A stretch of 64,000 bases of DNA, from the NCBI RefSeq assembly GCF_009834535.1, contig NC_045696.1, positions 37,264,001 to 37,328,000 on the forward strand. Direction: 5' to 3'. The notes beneath the pieces are model-generated. The model ran no database searches, was not told the origin of the DNA, and saw nothing but the letters and a program-made list of their open reading frames with translations. The position numbers and the translations under genes are program-made. Below, piece after piece: positions 1 through 12,536 of the stretch. Numbering within the stretch: position 1 is the first letter of the stretch; each line of letters opens with the position of its first letter. The stretch comes from Camelus ferus. Its lineage: Eukaryota.

Positions 1-441
1 AATGATGTATATATGCATTATCTCATTTATTCCTAATAATCATCCTATTAGCCATATTATTATAAATGTATTTATATAAATAATTTATTAATGTGTTAAG
101 TATTATATAAATATAATAACCAACATTATATTACTGAATTTTCTCTGTTATAAACAATGAAGCCAGAGAGAAGAGGAGTAAAAAAAAAAATACTGGTTGA
201 GACAACACAGCCAGTAAGGGGAAGATCTAGCATTTGAATATAATCTTGTAAACTTCTATTGAATTATTTCTTATACTATTGCATCGTATCTAGCACTATA
301 TAAATGATAGGCAAACGAAGATTTACTTTTAATTATGACTAAGTAGCAGGAGAAGATTATTTTTTCACTCCATCCTATGCTTTTAGTATATACAGAGAAC
401 ACGGTAGAAATGGAAGAACACTGATCATTATGAAAAGAATA

Positions 442-917
442 CAGGCATATCCTGGAGATACTGTGGGTTCAGTTCCAGACCACAGCAATAGAACGAATTT
501 TGTAATAACGTCAGTCACATCAATTTTTTTGGTTTCCCAGTGCATATAACAGTTATGTTTACACTATACTGTAGTTTATTAATCTACAAACATCACTTAA
601 AAATACTTTATTGACAAAAAATGCTAACCATCATCTTAATCTTCAGTGAATCATAATCTTTTTGCAGTAGTAACATCAGAGATCACTGATCACAGATCAC
701 CATAACAAATAGAATAATGAAAAAGTTTGAAACATTGTGAGAATTACCACAATGTGGCATTGAGACATGAAGTGAGCTGTTGGGAAAATGGCTATCATCA
801 ACTTGCTTGACACAGGGTTGCTGCAAACAATTTGTAAATAAAACAAAACAAAACAAAAAAACAACAAAAAAACTGCAATGTTCAATACAATGAAAAATAA
901 TAAAATGAAGTATGGTG
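442..917 (-). mobile_element. Internally deleted Tigger1 DNA transposon (TcMar-Tigger, non-autonomous)
   Basis: TA|CAGGCATATCC at 440-452 and AATAAAATGAAGTATGGTG|TA at ~899-919 are degenerate TIRs with TA target sites. 442-~600 and ~660-917 match the two Tigger1 ends as I recall them (e.g. GATCACTGATCACAGATCACCATAACA). No transposase. Confidence 0.8.
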
Positions 918-1988
918 TACAGCTTATTATCCAAAAATAAAAAGGGTCTTTAGTCATTCCCTTTGAGCACAGAGAAGAACTACAAAATATGCTTTGTGCC
1001 AAGGTATAAACAAAACTTGAAAATAAGAATGCTGGAAGAATTACATTCTCTCTCTCATCACACAGTGAAATACTAATATCAAGAACAGACCAGAAGAAAT
1101 ATTACTGACATAGACATGCTTATATCATTATTTCTTAAGGAAGGAAATACTTAAAACCAATTTGGAACCTACCAAATCCTTTAGAATTTTTTTGTATAAG
1201 TATGTATACAATAATTTAGACCCATATTTGACATGTGAGTCTCTTTTGTAAACCTCTGTGTATAAGTTTTTAAACAGTAAGAAAACTAATGCAAGACCTA
1301 ATTATTCTGTTTATTTTTGTAGGGAGATAGATTGGGAATAAAAAAAGAGATAATGCCATTAGAGTCTAAATTGTGATACTCTCATCTACATAATGAAATA
1401 TCACTCTATTGTGAGAAAGAATAAGGAAGAACTTGATGAGGTCAGATTGAGTGACTTCGTAGGGGTGGGGAGGATAAGAAAAGCCAATATAGAATGTAGA
1501 ATGCTCTCTTTTCTGAGAATACAGGCATACTTGTTTAATTTCTAAACAAAAACAAGAGTGAAATGTAGACTATTTAATTTTATGTAGCACTTAAGCCAGG
1601 GAGAATGATACAGAAAAGCATATACTACTTGTATTACATTTCCAAAAATGAAATTCACCCACAAAGGTAGGAAAATACCTTAAAAAGTAGGAAAAATAAA
1701 TGCAACATTAAGCACAAGTATTAAAACATAATTCCAATTAAATTGATAACTCTGCCACAGTTCTCTATGGATCTATTGGTGTATATATGAAAGAAAAAAA
1801 TGAACCCTATATGTACCTTAAATTTTTATTTGGTTTATCTTGGTAGTAATGCTGACAATGCAATTTTAAAGTACTTTAAAATACATTTTGAAACTACACT
1901 AAATATATTATATATATATTTATCCTATGACATATATGATAGTTATTTTAAAGAAGAGATATAAATATATAGTTTCTTGGGAGCCAGC

Positions 1989-3207
1989 TTTTTTTTAAAA
2001 ATAAGATTGATGTGTAATATAAAAATTTATGATGCATAACATGTTACTTTGATATATGTATATATTATGACTGATATTATATAGCAATATTACCATTACA
2101 TAATTGTGGTACAATATTATGGTCTACATTGATTATACTGTTCATTAGATCTCTAAGCCTTATTTACCATTCATTACAAACCTTTTGTCTTTAAACACTA
2201 TAACTTTTATCCCTCCTCCCCTATTCGCTGGTAACTACCATTTACTCCCTGTTTTTCACAGGCTTAACTTTTTTAGATTCCACATATAAGTGATATCATA
2301 CAGTACTTGCCTTTTGCTGTCTGACTTATCTCACTTAGTATAATGTGCTCAAGGCCCATCGTTGTTGATGCAAATAGGAGAATATTTTTCTTTCTTATGG
2401 TTGAATAATATTCCATTGTGTATACGGACCACGTTTTTCTATCCATTCATTCATTGATGGGCATTTAGGTTGTTTCTATATCTTAGCTATTATAGTGAAT
2501 AATGCTGCAATAAATATGGGAAAGCATATACTACATTGAAATCCTATCTTCATTTTTCAGGGTGTGTACCTACAAATAGAACTCCTAGATCATATGATGG
2601 ATCTATTTTTAATTTTTGAAGAAGTATTCATAGTTTTCTATATTAGTTGGATCAATTGCATTTACAATTTATAATGTCTAAGTTCTTTTTTCACTACATC
2701 CTTGAGAGCCCCTATTGTCTCTTGTCTTCTTGAGTAAAGCCAATCTAACAGTTGTGAGGTAGTATCTCATTGTAGTTTTGATATGCATTTCTCTGCTGAT
2801 CAGTGACGATGAGCATCTGTTCATGGGTCTGTGGTCATTTTGATATCCTCTTTAGAGAAATGTCTGTCTAGTTCTCCTTTTTCATTGAATTGTTTGGATT
2901 TTTTTTTGTTATTGAGGTGACTGATAATATTAACCCCTTTTCTGATAGATCATTTGTAAAAATGGTCTCCCATTCCTAAGTCTTTATTTTTTTTTTTTTA
3001 GTTTTGTTAATTGTTTCTTTTGCTGTGCAGCTTTTGAGTTTGATGTATTTACATTTGTTAATATTTTTCTTTTGTTTGTGCTTTTGGCATCATGCACAGT
3101 TATTGTCCAGCCAGTATCAATGAGCTTCTTCCCTACATTTTCTTCTGGGAGTTTTATGGTATCAGGTCTTATGTTTAAGTCTTAAATAAATTTTGAGTTA
3201 ATTTTTA
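1989..3207 (-). mobile_element. 5'-truncated old LINE-1 (L1MA/MB-type), 3' UTR and ORF2 C-terminus
   Basis: Antisense L1 hallmarks TTTTAGATTCCACATATAAGTGATATCATACAGTA and GTTGTGAGGTAGTATCTCATTGTAGTTTTGATATGCATTTC; T-tract at the left end. Confidence 0.85.
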
Positions 3208-3224
3208 TTAATTAATTAATTAAA

Positions 3225-3925
3225 AAGTATTTTGACACAACTTAAAAGGTTACTTTCCATTTACAGATATTACAAAATATTGCCTATATTCCTCATGTTG
3301 TATGGTACATATTTGAACTTATCTTACACCCAGTAGTTTATAGCTCCCACTCCTCCACCCCTATATTGTCCCCTTACCTATACGGGTAACTACTAGCTTG
3401 TTCTATCTGCTTCTTTTTGTTATATTCACTAGCTTGTTCTATTTTTAAGATTCCACACATAAGTGATATTATGCAGTATTTGTCTTTCTCTGACTTATTT
3501 CACTTAGCATGATACTTTCCAAGTCCATCTGTGTTGTTGCAAATGGCAAAATTTCATTCCTTTTTATGGCTGAGTACTATTTCATTGTGTGTGTGTGGGT
3601 GTATAGATATCACAGCTTCTTTACCCATTCATTTGTTGATGAACACTTAGATTGCTCCCATAGCGTGGCAATTGTAAACAATGCTTCTCTGAACATTGGG
3701 GTGCATGTGTCTTTTTCAATTACTTTATTTTCCTTTAATGTATACTCAGAAGTAGAATTGCTGGGTCATAGGGTAAGTTTTATTTTTAGTTCTTTGAGAA
3801 ATCTCCATACTGTTTTCCACAGTGGCTGCACAAATTTACATTCCCAACAAAGGTGTACAAGTGTTCCCTTTTCTCCACATCCTTTCCGACATTTGTTATT
3901 TGTGTTCTTCCTGATGATAGCCATA
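3225..3925 (-). mobile_element. 5'-truncated LINE-1 3' end (younger subfamily)
   Basis: GATTCCACACATAAGTGATATTATGCAGTATTTGTC and TTTTCCACAGTGGCTGCACAAATTTACATTCCCAACAA. ORF 3786-3971(-) is a frameshifted ORF2 C-terminal region. Confidence 0.85.
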
Positions 3926-4078
3926 TCTTTTGGGGCAAAATTGTGTTTTGGCTTCCTATGTTATTACACACTTTTTAGATGTCCAAAATTATATAAATAT
4001 TCCATTTTTTCATCTAATTAACCCAATTTGCTTAGCAAAAAATTCTTAAGTCTCTTTTTATACATAATTATAATCTTT

Positions 4079-5365
4079 AAGTTCCCTTTTCTCCACATCC
4101 TCACCATTTGTTTATTTGTAGGCTTTTTGATGATAACTATTCAGATGGGTGTGAGGTGCTATATATCATTGTGGTTTTGATTTGCATTTCCCTGGTGTTT
4201 AGGGATATTGAGCATCTTTTCATGTGCCTTTGATTATCTTCACTTCCTCTTTGGAAAGTGTCTTCTCCCCATTTTTTAATCCAGTTTTATTTATTTATTT
4301 ATTTATTTTGATGTTAAGGTGCATATTTGCTAATATTTTCTCCCACTCAGTAGGTTTTCATTTTGTCAATGCTTTCCTTTACTGTATAAAACATTTTAGG
4401 TTTAATTAGGTCCCATTTGTTTTTTTTTGGTCTTTTTGTTGTTGTTGTTGTTGCTTTTATTTCCTTTGCTTTAGAAGATAGATCCAGGAAAATGTTCTTG
4501 CAATTTATGTCAGAGTGTTCTATGTTTTCCTCTAGGAATTTTATAGTATCCAGTCTTACATTTAGGTCTTTAATCCATTTTGAATTAATTTTTGTAAATG
4601 GCATTAGAGAATATTCTAATTTCATTCTTTTACATGTAGTTGTCCAGGTTTTCCCAGCACGACTTATGGAAGAGACTGTCTTTTCTCCATTGTGTATTCA
4701 TGCCTCCTTTGTTGCAGATTAAATGACCATACGTGTGTGGGTTTATTTCTAGGCTCTCTATTCTGGTCCATTGATCTATGTGGTTTTTTTTGTTTGTTTG
4801 TTTTTTTGGTGTCCATACTCTTTTGATGACTGTAGCGTAATACAGTCTGAAGTCAGGGAGCATTTTTCCTCCAGCTTTATTCTTCTTTCTCAAGATTGTC
4901 TTGGCTATTCGGGGTCTTTTTGTGTTTCCACACAAATTTTAAAATTATTTATTCTAGTTCTGTGAAAAATGCTGTTGGTATTTTGATAAGGATTGTGTTG
5001 AATCTCTTGATTTCCTTGGGTAGTATGGTCATTTTAACAATACTAATTCTTCCAATCCAATTAACACAGTGTATCTTTCCATCTATTTATGTCATCTTCA
5101 GTTTCTTTCATAGGTCTTTTGCCTTTTTAGGTAGGTTTATTCCTTGGTATTTTATTTTTTTGATGTGATGCTAAATGAGATCATTTCCTTAAATTTCTTT
5201 TCCTGATAAGTTCATTATTAGTGTATAGAAATGCAACAGATTTCTGTATGTTAATTTTGTATTCTTCAACTTTACTGAATTTATTGATAAACTTTGAGTA
5301 GTTTTCTGATGGTTTCTTTAGGATTTTCTATGTATTGTATCATGTCATCTGCAAAGAATAATTGA
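4079..5365 (-). mobile_element. LINE-1 ORF2 fragment (RT motif to C-terminal region)
   Basis: ORFs 4347-4625 (KINSKWIKDLNVR..WDLIK) and 4630-4935 ([25 protein letters not shown]). CATGTCATCTGCAAA at 5341-5355 is FADDM on the minus strand. Confidence 0.92.
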
Positions 5366-7691
5366 AGCTACTGTAGGTTTTTGATTTGTAGTTACCATCA
5401 GGTTCATATATGTTGACCCACATTATATCTGCTTGCTCTACAACTTAGTCATTTAAGTTCAAACACATTCTGAAAGATGTCATTTTTTTTACCCCTTTTG
5501 CTCACATTTTGTTATTTTGATACCATATTTTACATCTTTGTGCATGCCCCTGAACTGTTTATTGTAATTATAGTTGCTTTTACATTTTTTATCTTAATCT
5601 ACATACTGGCTTATTTTAATAATCTTCAATCCTCACTAAACATCTACCTTTTCTACAGATTATTACTTATTTTCCATTTAGACAAGGCCCTTCATTTTTT
5701 AAGAATAGTTTAATTTTAATATTGATGAACTCCTTTAGTTTTTTGCTTTTCTGAGAAGTTCTTTCTCTCTCCTTCTATTCTAAATGATAGTCTTGCTAGG
5801 TAGAGTATGCTAGTGTGCAGGTTACTCCATTTTAGCACTTTGAAGGCCAGAAGGGGTGGCATGATATATACAGTGTTTCTGCAGAGACAGCCTTATGGGG
5901 GTTTCCTTATTTTTTCTTGCTGACTTTAAAATTCTCTTTAAACTTTGCCACTTTTATTATGTTTTGGTGTGGATCTGCATGGGTTGATCATATTTGGGAC
6001 CCTCTGTGCTTTCTTTATGTGGATATCTGTATCCTTCTTTTGTTTTGAGAAATATTGCCATAATTTCTTTAAATACTTTTCCAATTCTCCTTCTGTCTCT
6101 CTTCTCCTTCTGGAACTCCTATAATGCAAATATGGACACACCTTTATTCCAAAGAGCTCATAGATTACTTGCATTTTGTAATTCTTTCTGCCTACTCTGA
6201 TGGTGATTTCCATTATTCTACCTTCCAGGTCACTTCCAGATCTCCTCTGTATTCATTAGTCTGCTAGTCATTCCTTCTAGAGGTTTGTTTGTTTGTTTGT
6301 TTGTTTGTTTCCCTCCAGATACTGAGTTACCTAGTTTTTGATTGGGTCTTCTTTATTGTTTGTAGTCCTTTGTTAAAATGTCCTGTGTTTAGATCATTTC
6401 CACCCTAATTAAGCCAGCATTTTTAGTATCAATGCTTCTTATTATCAATGTTTCAAAATTTGTTTCATTAATTTTTCAGTTATCTCCTATGCCTATTCAT
6501 TTACTTATCTTTCTCTGCCTCTATGAATTTATGTGGAACAGTTATTTATTGTCGTCTTCAAGTGGTTTTCTTATATTGGAGTATCCCTGTGCAGACTGTG
6601 TGCCAAATGCCTTTGGCTGGAGAGCTGAATTTGATGTGGAAGTCAGTCACGTCTTTCCTCAGTATCTACTGCAGCTATCTCCTTGGTAAGGGGTGGTGCT
6701 ACACACGGTGTGAGGTGAGAACTCCTCTCTGCTCAGTGACCACCTCTGCCCTGTCAGGGGTAGGTTCTGATCCCATTTTACTGGAGCTGAAGCCCTGAGG
6801 GTCAGGCTTGAGCTGGCTTTGACTCCTTTAAATGTGTGCTTTTCCTTCTCCCTGCACTGGGGCCTTTCTCCAAAGGACGGGAGTGCTGAGTCAAGTGAGA
6901 CTCATGTTCCTGCAGAGGTCTGATGCTCTGCCTTGTGTCAGGTCTAGTCCTGAATAGGACTGGAACATTCACATGGCTTGGGCTTCTACACATAGTGAGG
7001 TGGTAATGGGAAAACAGCCAGCTGTGAGAAGTCTGAGCTGCTTATGGGGCACCACTGGAGTTGTGTCAACAATTGCTGCTGCTGCCCAACCTGTGCTTCA
7101 CCCAGGACCCCATTAATTATGTCACCAAGGTCAAGTCCTAAGTCTTGGCTGCCCTAGATCCAGTGCTACATTGTGGCATGGAGTGAGTGGGGCTGGGGTT
7201 GTTAGTGCAGCTTTGGCTTGGGAAAGTGGAAAGACAGTTATAGAAAACCTGGCAGCCAGTAGGGCAGACTTCTGTCTGCCCTAACTGGGGGCAAGCCAGA
7301 ACCTTAGGAGTGGAGTGCAGGATTCTCCAGCCTTTTCTAATGTGGCAGTTCTCCAAAGGGGTTTATCTCCTATGTGTAGGACCCCAGGACTGGGATGCCT
7401 AGCCTGTGGCTTGACCTGATCACTCCTGAGGACAGAAGTCCACCCCTGTGATCTCCCGTTTCCTCTGAGTCCCCTCCCAGAGGCACAGGTCCGAACCTGA
7501 TCGCTTTTCTTCTCATCCTACCTGATTATGTGTTTATCTTCCTTAGATCCTTGGTTGTACAGAGTCCTTCTGCCAGTTTCCAGTTAGATTTCAGTGAGAT
7601 TTGTTCCACATGTAGATATATTTTTGATATGTTCATGGGGGGAGGTGGGATCCACATCCTCTTGGTCTTCGATCTTGATCTCTCCTCCTCC
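5366..7691 (-). mobile_element. LINE-1 5' UTR + decayed ORF1 + inter-ORF spacer
   Basis: Minus strand ~5720-5810 reads like ORF1 C-terminus (YLARLSFRIEGERKNFSEKQ); ORF 5938-6213 has KKAQRVPNMINP..STPKH. GC-richer 5' UTR ends in an L1 5' terminus with a mutated CAAGATGGC motif near 7670. Confidence 0.85.
6283..6310. repeat. (GTTT)7 microsatellite
   Basis: Read directly. Confidence 0.95.
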
Positions 7692-8109
7692 AAATTGGAC
7701 TACTTATCACAGGTTGGTAGAATGAGGAAATAAGAAAAATAATTTAAATGCTATATTAAGTATCATCATTGATCTCATTTAAGCCAAACAGCCAACAAAA
7801 CTATTTCACTGTGCACAGGGTCAATGAGATCTGTCTTTCACTTGCGTTACTATCTTTCAGAGCTTAGATGGTATAATTTCCTAAATCCAAAAGCAGAACT
7901 CGGAAGGGGTCAAAATAATCACCATTCTATAAAATCTAGTGCATCAGGCATACTAAAGCCTTTGGTTTTTCTCTTACTTCAGCAATTGTTACCGTGTACA
8001 GTTCCAGACCAGCTCAAATTCACCTTGTGCTATATGCATATTGCCTCACTTATACCATGTCTTCTTAATTGTTTGTGACTTTCACAATGCACATAAATAC
8101 AACTTGGAA

Positions 8110-8391
8110 GTTTAGGGAAGTTAACAGAAGCAGGGACAAGACTTAATACACTGGGTACAGGAGCTGGTAGAAAAATCCTTCAGGTTCAGTCCTTGTGAAG
8201 ACAATACTGGGATGATGTCTATGTTGGGAGGCCCCCAAAGCAGTTTCTTAATGCATCCTTATCATTGGCTGCTTCTAAACTTGTCTCTCTCTCCCTTGTC
8301 CATTTCTGTTTCTTGGAATCGCTTCCCAAAGAAGTATCTGCAAACAATTCTTTTTCTAAGGCTCTTATTTTAGAAAAACCCAAGTCACAAT
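8110..8391 (+). mobile_element. Degenerate ERVL LTR (LTR16-like)
   Basis: 3' end CTTCCCAAAGAAGTATCTGCAAACAATTC...AAACCCAAGTCACA resembles the LTR16 terminus as recalled. Confidence 0.5.
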
Positions 8392-8820
8392 ATTCATCAT
8401 TTATTTATTGAGTCAATTATTTTAAAACCTCTTTTTCTTAGAAAAGGTATTTATACTTATAAGAGGAAGTGATATACATGTTACCTGCATCTCTCTACCC
8501 ATCTGATTTATAAATATTCACAAACACACTTGTGAGAATTTCCATTACTATCCCAACAGGTGACCATGGAAACTTTTCCAATGGATTGTTTTGCTTTTTA
8601 TTTTCATTTTTTAAGAAACTGGTTAAAAAAATAAGACAAAAGAAGATATCTGCCCATTTTATTCATTTTAGATTTCTAGAATCATTTCTATATGTATTTC
8701 AAATCCACAGCAATAACAAATATTAGAGAAAAATATGCTAAAGAATAGTAAGAGTTAAGGTGAGAGATTAAAGAACAAAATCAACATGTCAAATGTTGAA
8801 AGTTGATATTCCTGGTAGAC

Positions 8821-8850
8821 ACTAGACCCCTATAAACTAGACCCCTATAA
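8821..8850. repeat. Perfect 15-bp tandem duplication (ACTAGACCCCTATAA)x2
   Basis: Read directly. Confidence 0.95.
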
Positions 8851-9779
8851 AGATGAACAGTGTATGGTGACAAATCTAATTAACACATACCGAGACACAT
8901 TCTATTCATTTCAGTGAAGTTGTGATATCTAAGGTGAGGATGTTGCCAAAAGGGAGGTATTTAAGTTTACTTTTCTCTATTAGATTTCTCCAAAACACAA
9001 CATGAATTTTCACAAAAATAAATAGCTCAGCTTCCCTTTCAATTCACTCTTCCCAGAGTGTCTTCACAGGAATAGTGACTAGTTCCATAGCAAGAACAAT
9101 TTCTGCTTTATGAATCACTTGTCTACATTGTAAACCCTGCTAAACTGTGAAAGAAAACTTATGGACAGAAAATATTCAGCTATAAATTATTTTGTTCTCC
9201 TTTTACCTAAATTCAGTGTTCCAAATCCTTATTCTCACATTCTATTATTGCATTATTCCTGTTTCTACTTTGGCAAATCAAGCAAGCTATAATTATGTTA
9301 CAATAACTAAATCAGCAGGTGTGTAGACATACATACTATGTACTCAAATATTTGTAATTCAGTAAATCACTGGCTTTGCTTATCTTAGAAGCATTATCTT
9401 GACTAACACAAGAGGACGAAAAACTTCTATACTCTTGAAAAAAGTCTAAAATGGTTTTAAGGAGCAGGTAAATTATGTGGGACATCTACCAAAGTCTTAA
9501 ATGCTAATGCTTTTAAACCAGTGTTGCACTTGGCTGTCGTTATGTTAATCTAAGACTGATAATGATGTACTTTCCACAAAATCTTATAATCTATCAATCA
9601 ACAACCCTAAAACTGAAAAAGTTTTTGACAACTACTATTCAACATTTAAAGTGTTTATTTCATATCACATTTTCAAGCAGGGATATGAGTGAGTGGAATA
9701 ACAGTTTTCTATCTAGATTGTATACAAAAGGGTTTGTTGAATGAGCGTTCTGACTGAGAAACTTTCAAGCTGCTCTCAA

Positions 9780-10660
9780 TGTAGGCAATTGCTGTTTCCT
9801 TTTTCAGTCCCCCTGAATATGAACACAGTCTCCTTATCCTTGACTTTTGATAAATGTGGCAAACCTAGTGTGTACTCTTGAGCCTAGCTTCTTTCACATA
9901 GCATGGATCTGAGATTTATTAATGATGTTTGTTTCACATCATTTGTTATATTCTGAATAGTATTTCATTTCATGGATGTTTTATAGCTGGTTTATCATCA
10001 GTTCACCCATAAGATATTTAGATGTTACCAAGTTTGGATTACTAAAAGTAGTGCTATAATCATCTAGGTACAGGATTTTTTGTGAACAAATTTTTTTTTG
10101 TAGACAATTTTTTAGAGTGAACATTTGAGTAGGATTGCTGGGTTTATATAAGTGAATTTATAACATTTTTGAAACTGCCAAACTATTTTCTTCCCTCTTT
10201 CATCCCTATCAATAATGTATGAAGGTTAAAATTACTCTGCATTCTAGCTATCACTGGTTACTGTCAGTTTTGTTTTTCTCATTTTAGTCAATCTAATAAT
10301 CATGCTTTTAATTTGCATGATCCTAATGACTAATAATTTTGTGCATCCTTTCTCATGTTTACTTACCAACTGCATAAATTTTTAATGAAGTATTCAGATC
10401 TTTGGCTTATTATTTTTGTTGGCTTGTTTTCTTATTGCTTAGTTCTGAAAATATTTTAGATATTCTGTATATAAATCATCTGTTGTATAGATGATTTCAA
10501 ATATACTCTCCTGATGTGTAACTTTTTTTTCATTCTCTTAATAACATTAGAAATTAGGAAGTTTTAAGTTTATATGAAGTTTAACTTTCATACTGATTGT
10601 GCTTTTATTTTTGTTCCTAAGAATCTGTTGTCTAACTCAAGTCTGCAATTTTATTCTCCT
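9780..10660 (-). mobile_element. Ancient LINE-1 (L1MC/ME-type), left part; continues at 18250-18410
   Basis: Degenerate antisense L1 motifs GAGTAGGATTGCTGGG, GAAACTGCCAAACTATTTTC, TTTAATTTGCATGATCCTAATGACTAAT. Confidence 0.7.
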
Positions 10661-12149
10661 AGGCGCTCAATAAAAATTTCATAGTACCAAAACAACTACA
10701 TATTTTTGCATAAACATATGCAAAAAAACCCCACATACCTAAACATGAAATGTAAAACTATTTCATTAAAAGAGTACCCTTTCACTTCAACTTGAAAAAG
10801 AGAATTTGAACTTCATCAAAAATAGCCCCTCACACATTGGGAAAAAAGCCTGCTCCTTCTAGCCAAATAACCATGTAAAGCCACAGCCTAACAAGACAAA
10901 GTGGTTACTATTTAAAAGTTTTGACCCAAACACCAAGGAAAAACAGTGGCTCTGGTTCCATAGACACCAAAAAAGGCTAAATGAGTGTACAGTGAAACTC
11001 CCAACACCAGCATTTGGGTGGTGGTAGAAAAGACCAAATATAGAACTGGACTTTCATCACCACTCACAGCCAACAAGACCCCACCCCGCTCCCCTCTGCT
11101 GCACGGTCATTGGAGACCACATGGATGGCCTTGATATCTACCTCCACTGACAGTAGTAAGGGTTCCCTTTATCTTCATACTGAATTGATGTCAGAGGCTG
11201 CCTAGTGGTTAGTGTTACAACTTTCAAAATCACCTGGTAACAAGTGGAAAACAAGACCACTCCAACCATAGTGTCAGTAGATAGCATGTGAAAAGCTGAA
11301 ACTTCCACCCCCAGCTTAGCAGTAAGGAGGAGCTCCCTCTCAGGCATCATCTTAGGCCACCTAGGAGGAATGGAGCATTCCCCCTTCCTCTGCCAGAAGA
11401 AACTCAGAGAAAGGTAGTTTAAAATAAAGATTTAAATCAAGACCTAGAATCTCGTAACATAACATGAAATGTCCAAGTTTCCAGAGATGCCAGTATTACC
11501 CAACAAATATTTTAAATCAGTCATAATGAAAATGTGTAATTGATCAATTATGAACATGCTTAAAATAAAAATGAAAAAAAAAAGCCTTAGCAAAGAAACA
11601 GAATGTCTCAATATAGAAATAGAAAAAATAAAGGCAAATCAAATGGAAACTTCAGAACCTAAATAAACACCATCCAAAATGAAAAGCTAAGTAGATAAGC
11701 AAAATATCAGATGGAAGGAACAAAAGAAAGAAGGTTCTTGAAGTAAAAAAGGAAAACAATGTAGTAAGTGATGTTGGAACATCAAAAACAGAAACATGGT
11801 AAGCAAAAAGTAAGTAAAATACATTGTTCTCCTTTTGAATTTTATAAATTATGGCTACTTACAACAGAAATATAATACTGATATGGTTCTAAATATATGT
11901 AGAGAAAATATTTGACTATCATACTGAAAATTGAGAAGGGTAAAAGAAACAAAGGGAGGTAAGGTTTTAACACTCCACTGTAAAAGTATTACCCGAATAT
12001 AATGAACTTCAAGAAATACATGTAAGTTGCGAAATGTGTAATTTTAAACTATTACATACACAATTTAAACAAATGTTCAATTCAATTTGAAAATACTAAA
12101 TCAAATCAAAATAAAACAGAAATATATACAATAAGTAATTCTGCACCTT

Positions 12150-12536
12150 TCGTGATTAATTTTATGTGTCAACTGTCTCACCATGGTACCCAGATATTTG
12201 GTCAAACATTATTCTGGATATTTCTGTGAAGGTTTCCTTAACACGTAAATCAATGGACTTTGCATACAATAGACTACCCTGTATAATGTGAGTTGGCCTC
12301 ATCCAATCAATGGAAAGCTTTTAATAGAATAATTGACCTCCTAACCAGAAGGAAGTCTTCCAGAAGACTGCTTTTATACTGGAACTGCAATTTTCCCCTG
12401 AATCTCCAGCCTATTGGCCGAATGTATTAAATTTTGTACTTGCCAAGTCTCCACAATCACTGATCCAATCCTTACAATAAATCAGTCTCCCTTTCATTGT
12501 ATTAGTTCTGTTTGCCTGGAGACCCTGACTAACACA
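12150..12536 (+). mobile_element. MLT2 solo LTR (ERVL)
   Basis: Starts GTGATTAATTTTATGTGTCAACT, contains CCCAGATATTTGGTCAAACATTATTCTGGAT and GGCCTCATCCAATCA, ends GAGACCCTGACTAACACA. Confidence 0.88.

Noticed and set aside
3509..4021. Longest ORF in the track (170 aa, + strand)
   Set aside because: It is the antisense frame of an L1 3' end, a common spurious protein prediction.
11040..11400. Loosely repeated units resembling an array
   Set aside because: Consistent with the repeated monomers of old L1 5' UTRs; no constant repeat-spacer structure, so not CRISPR-like.
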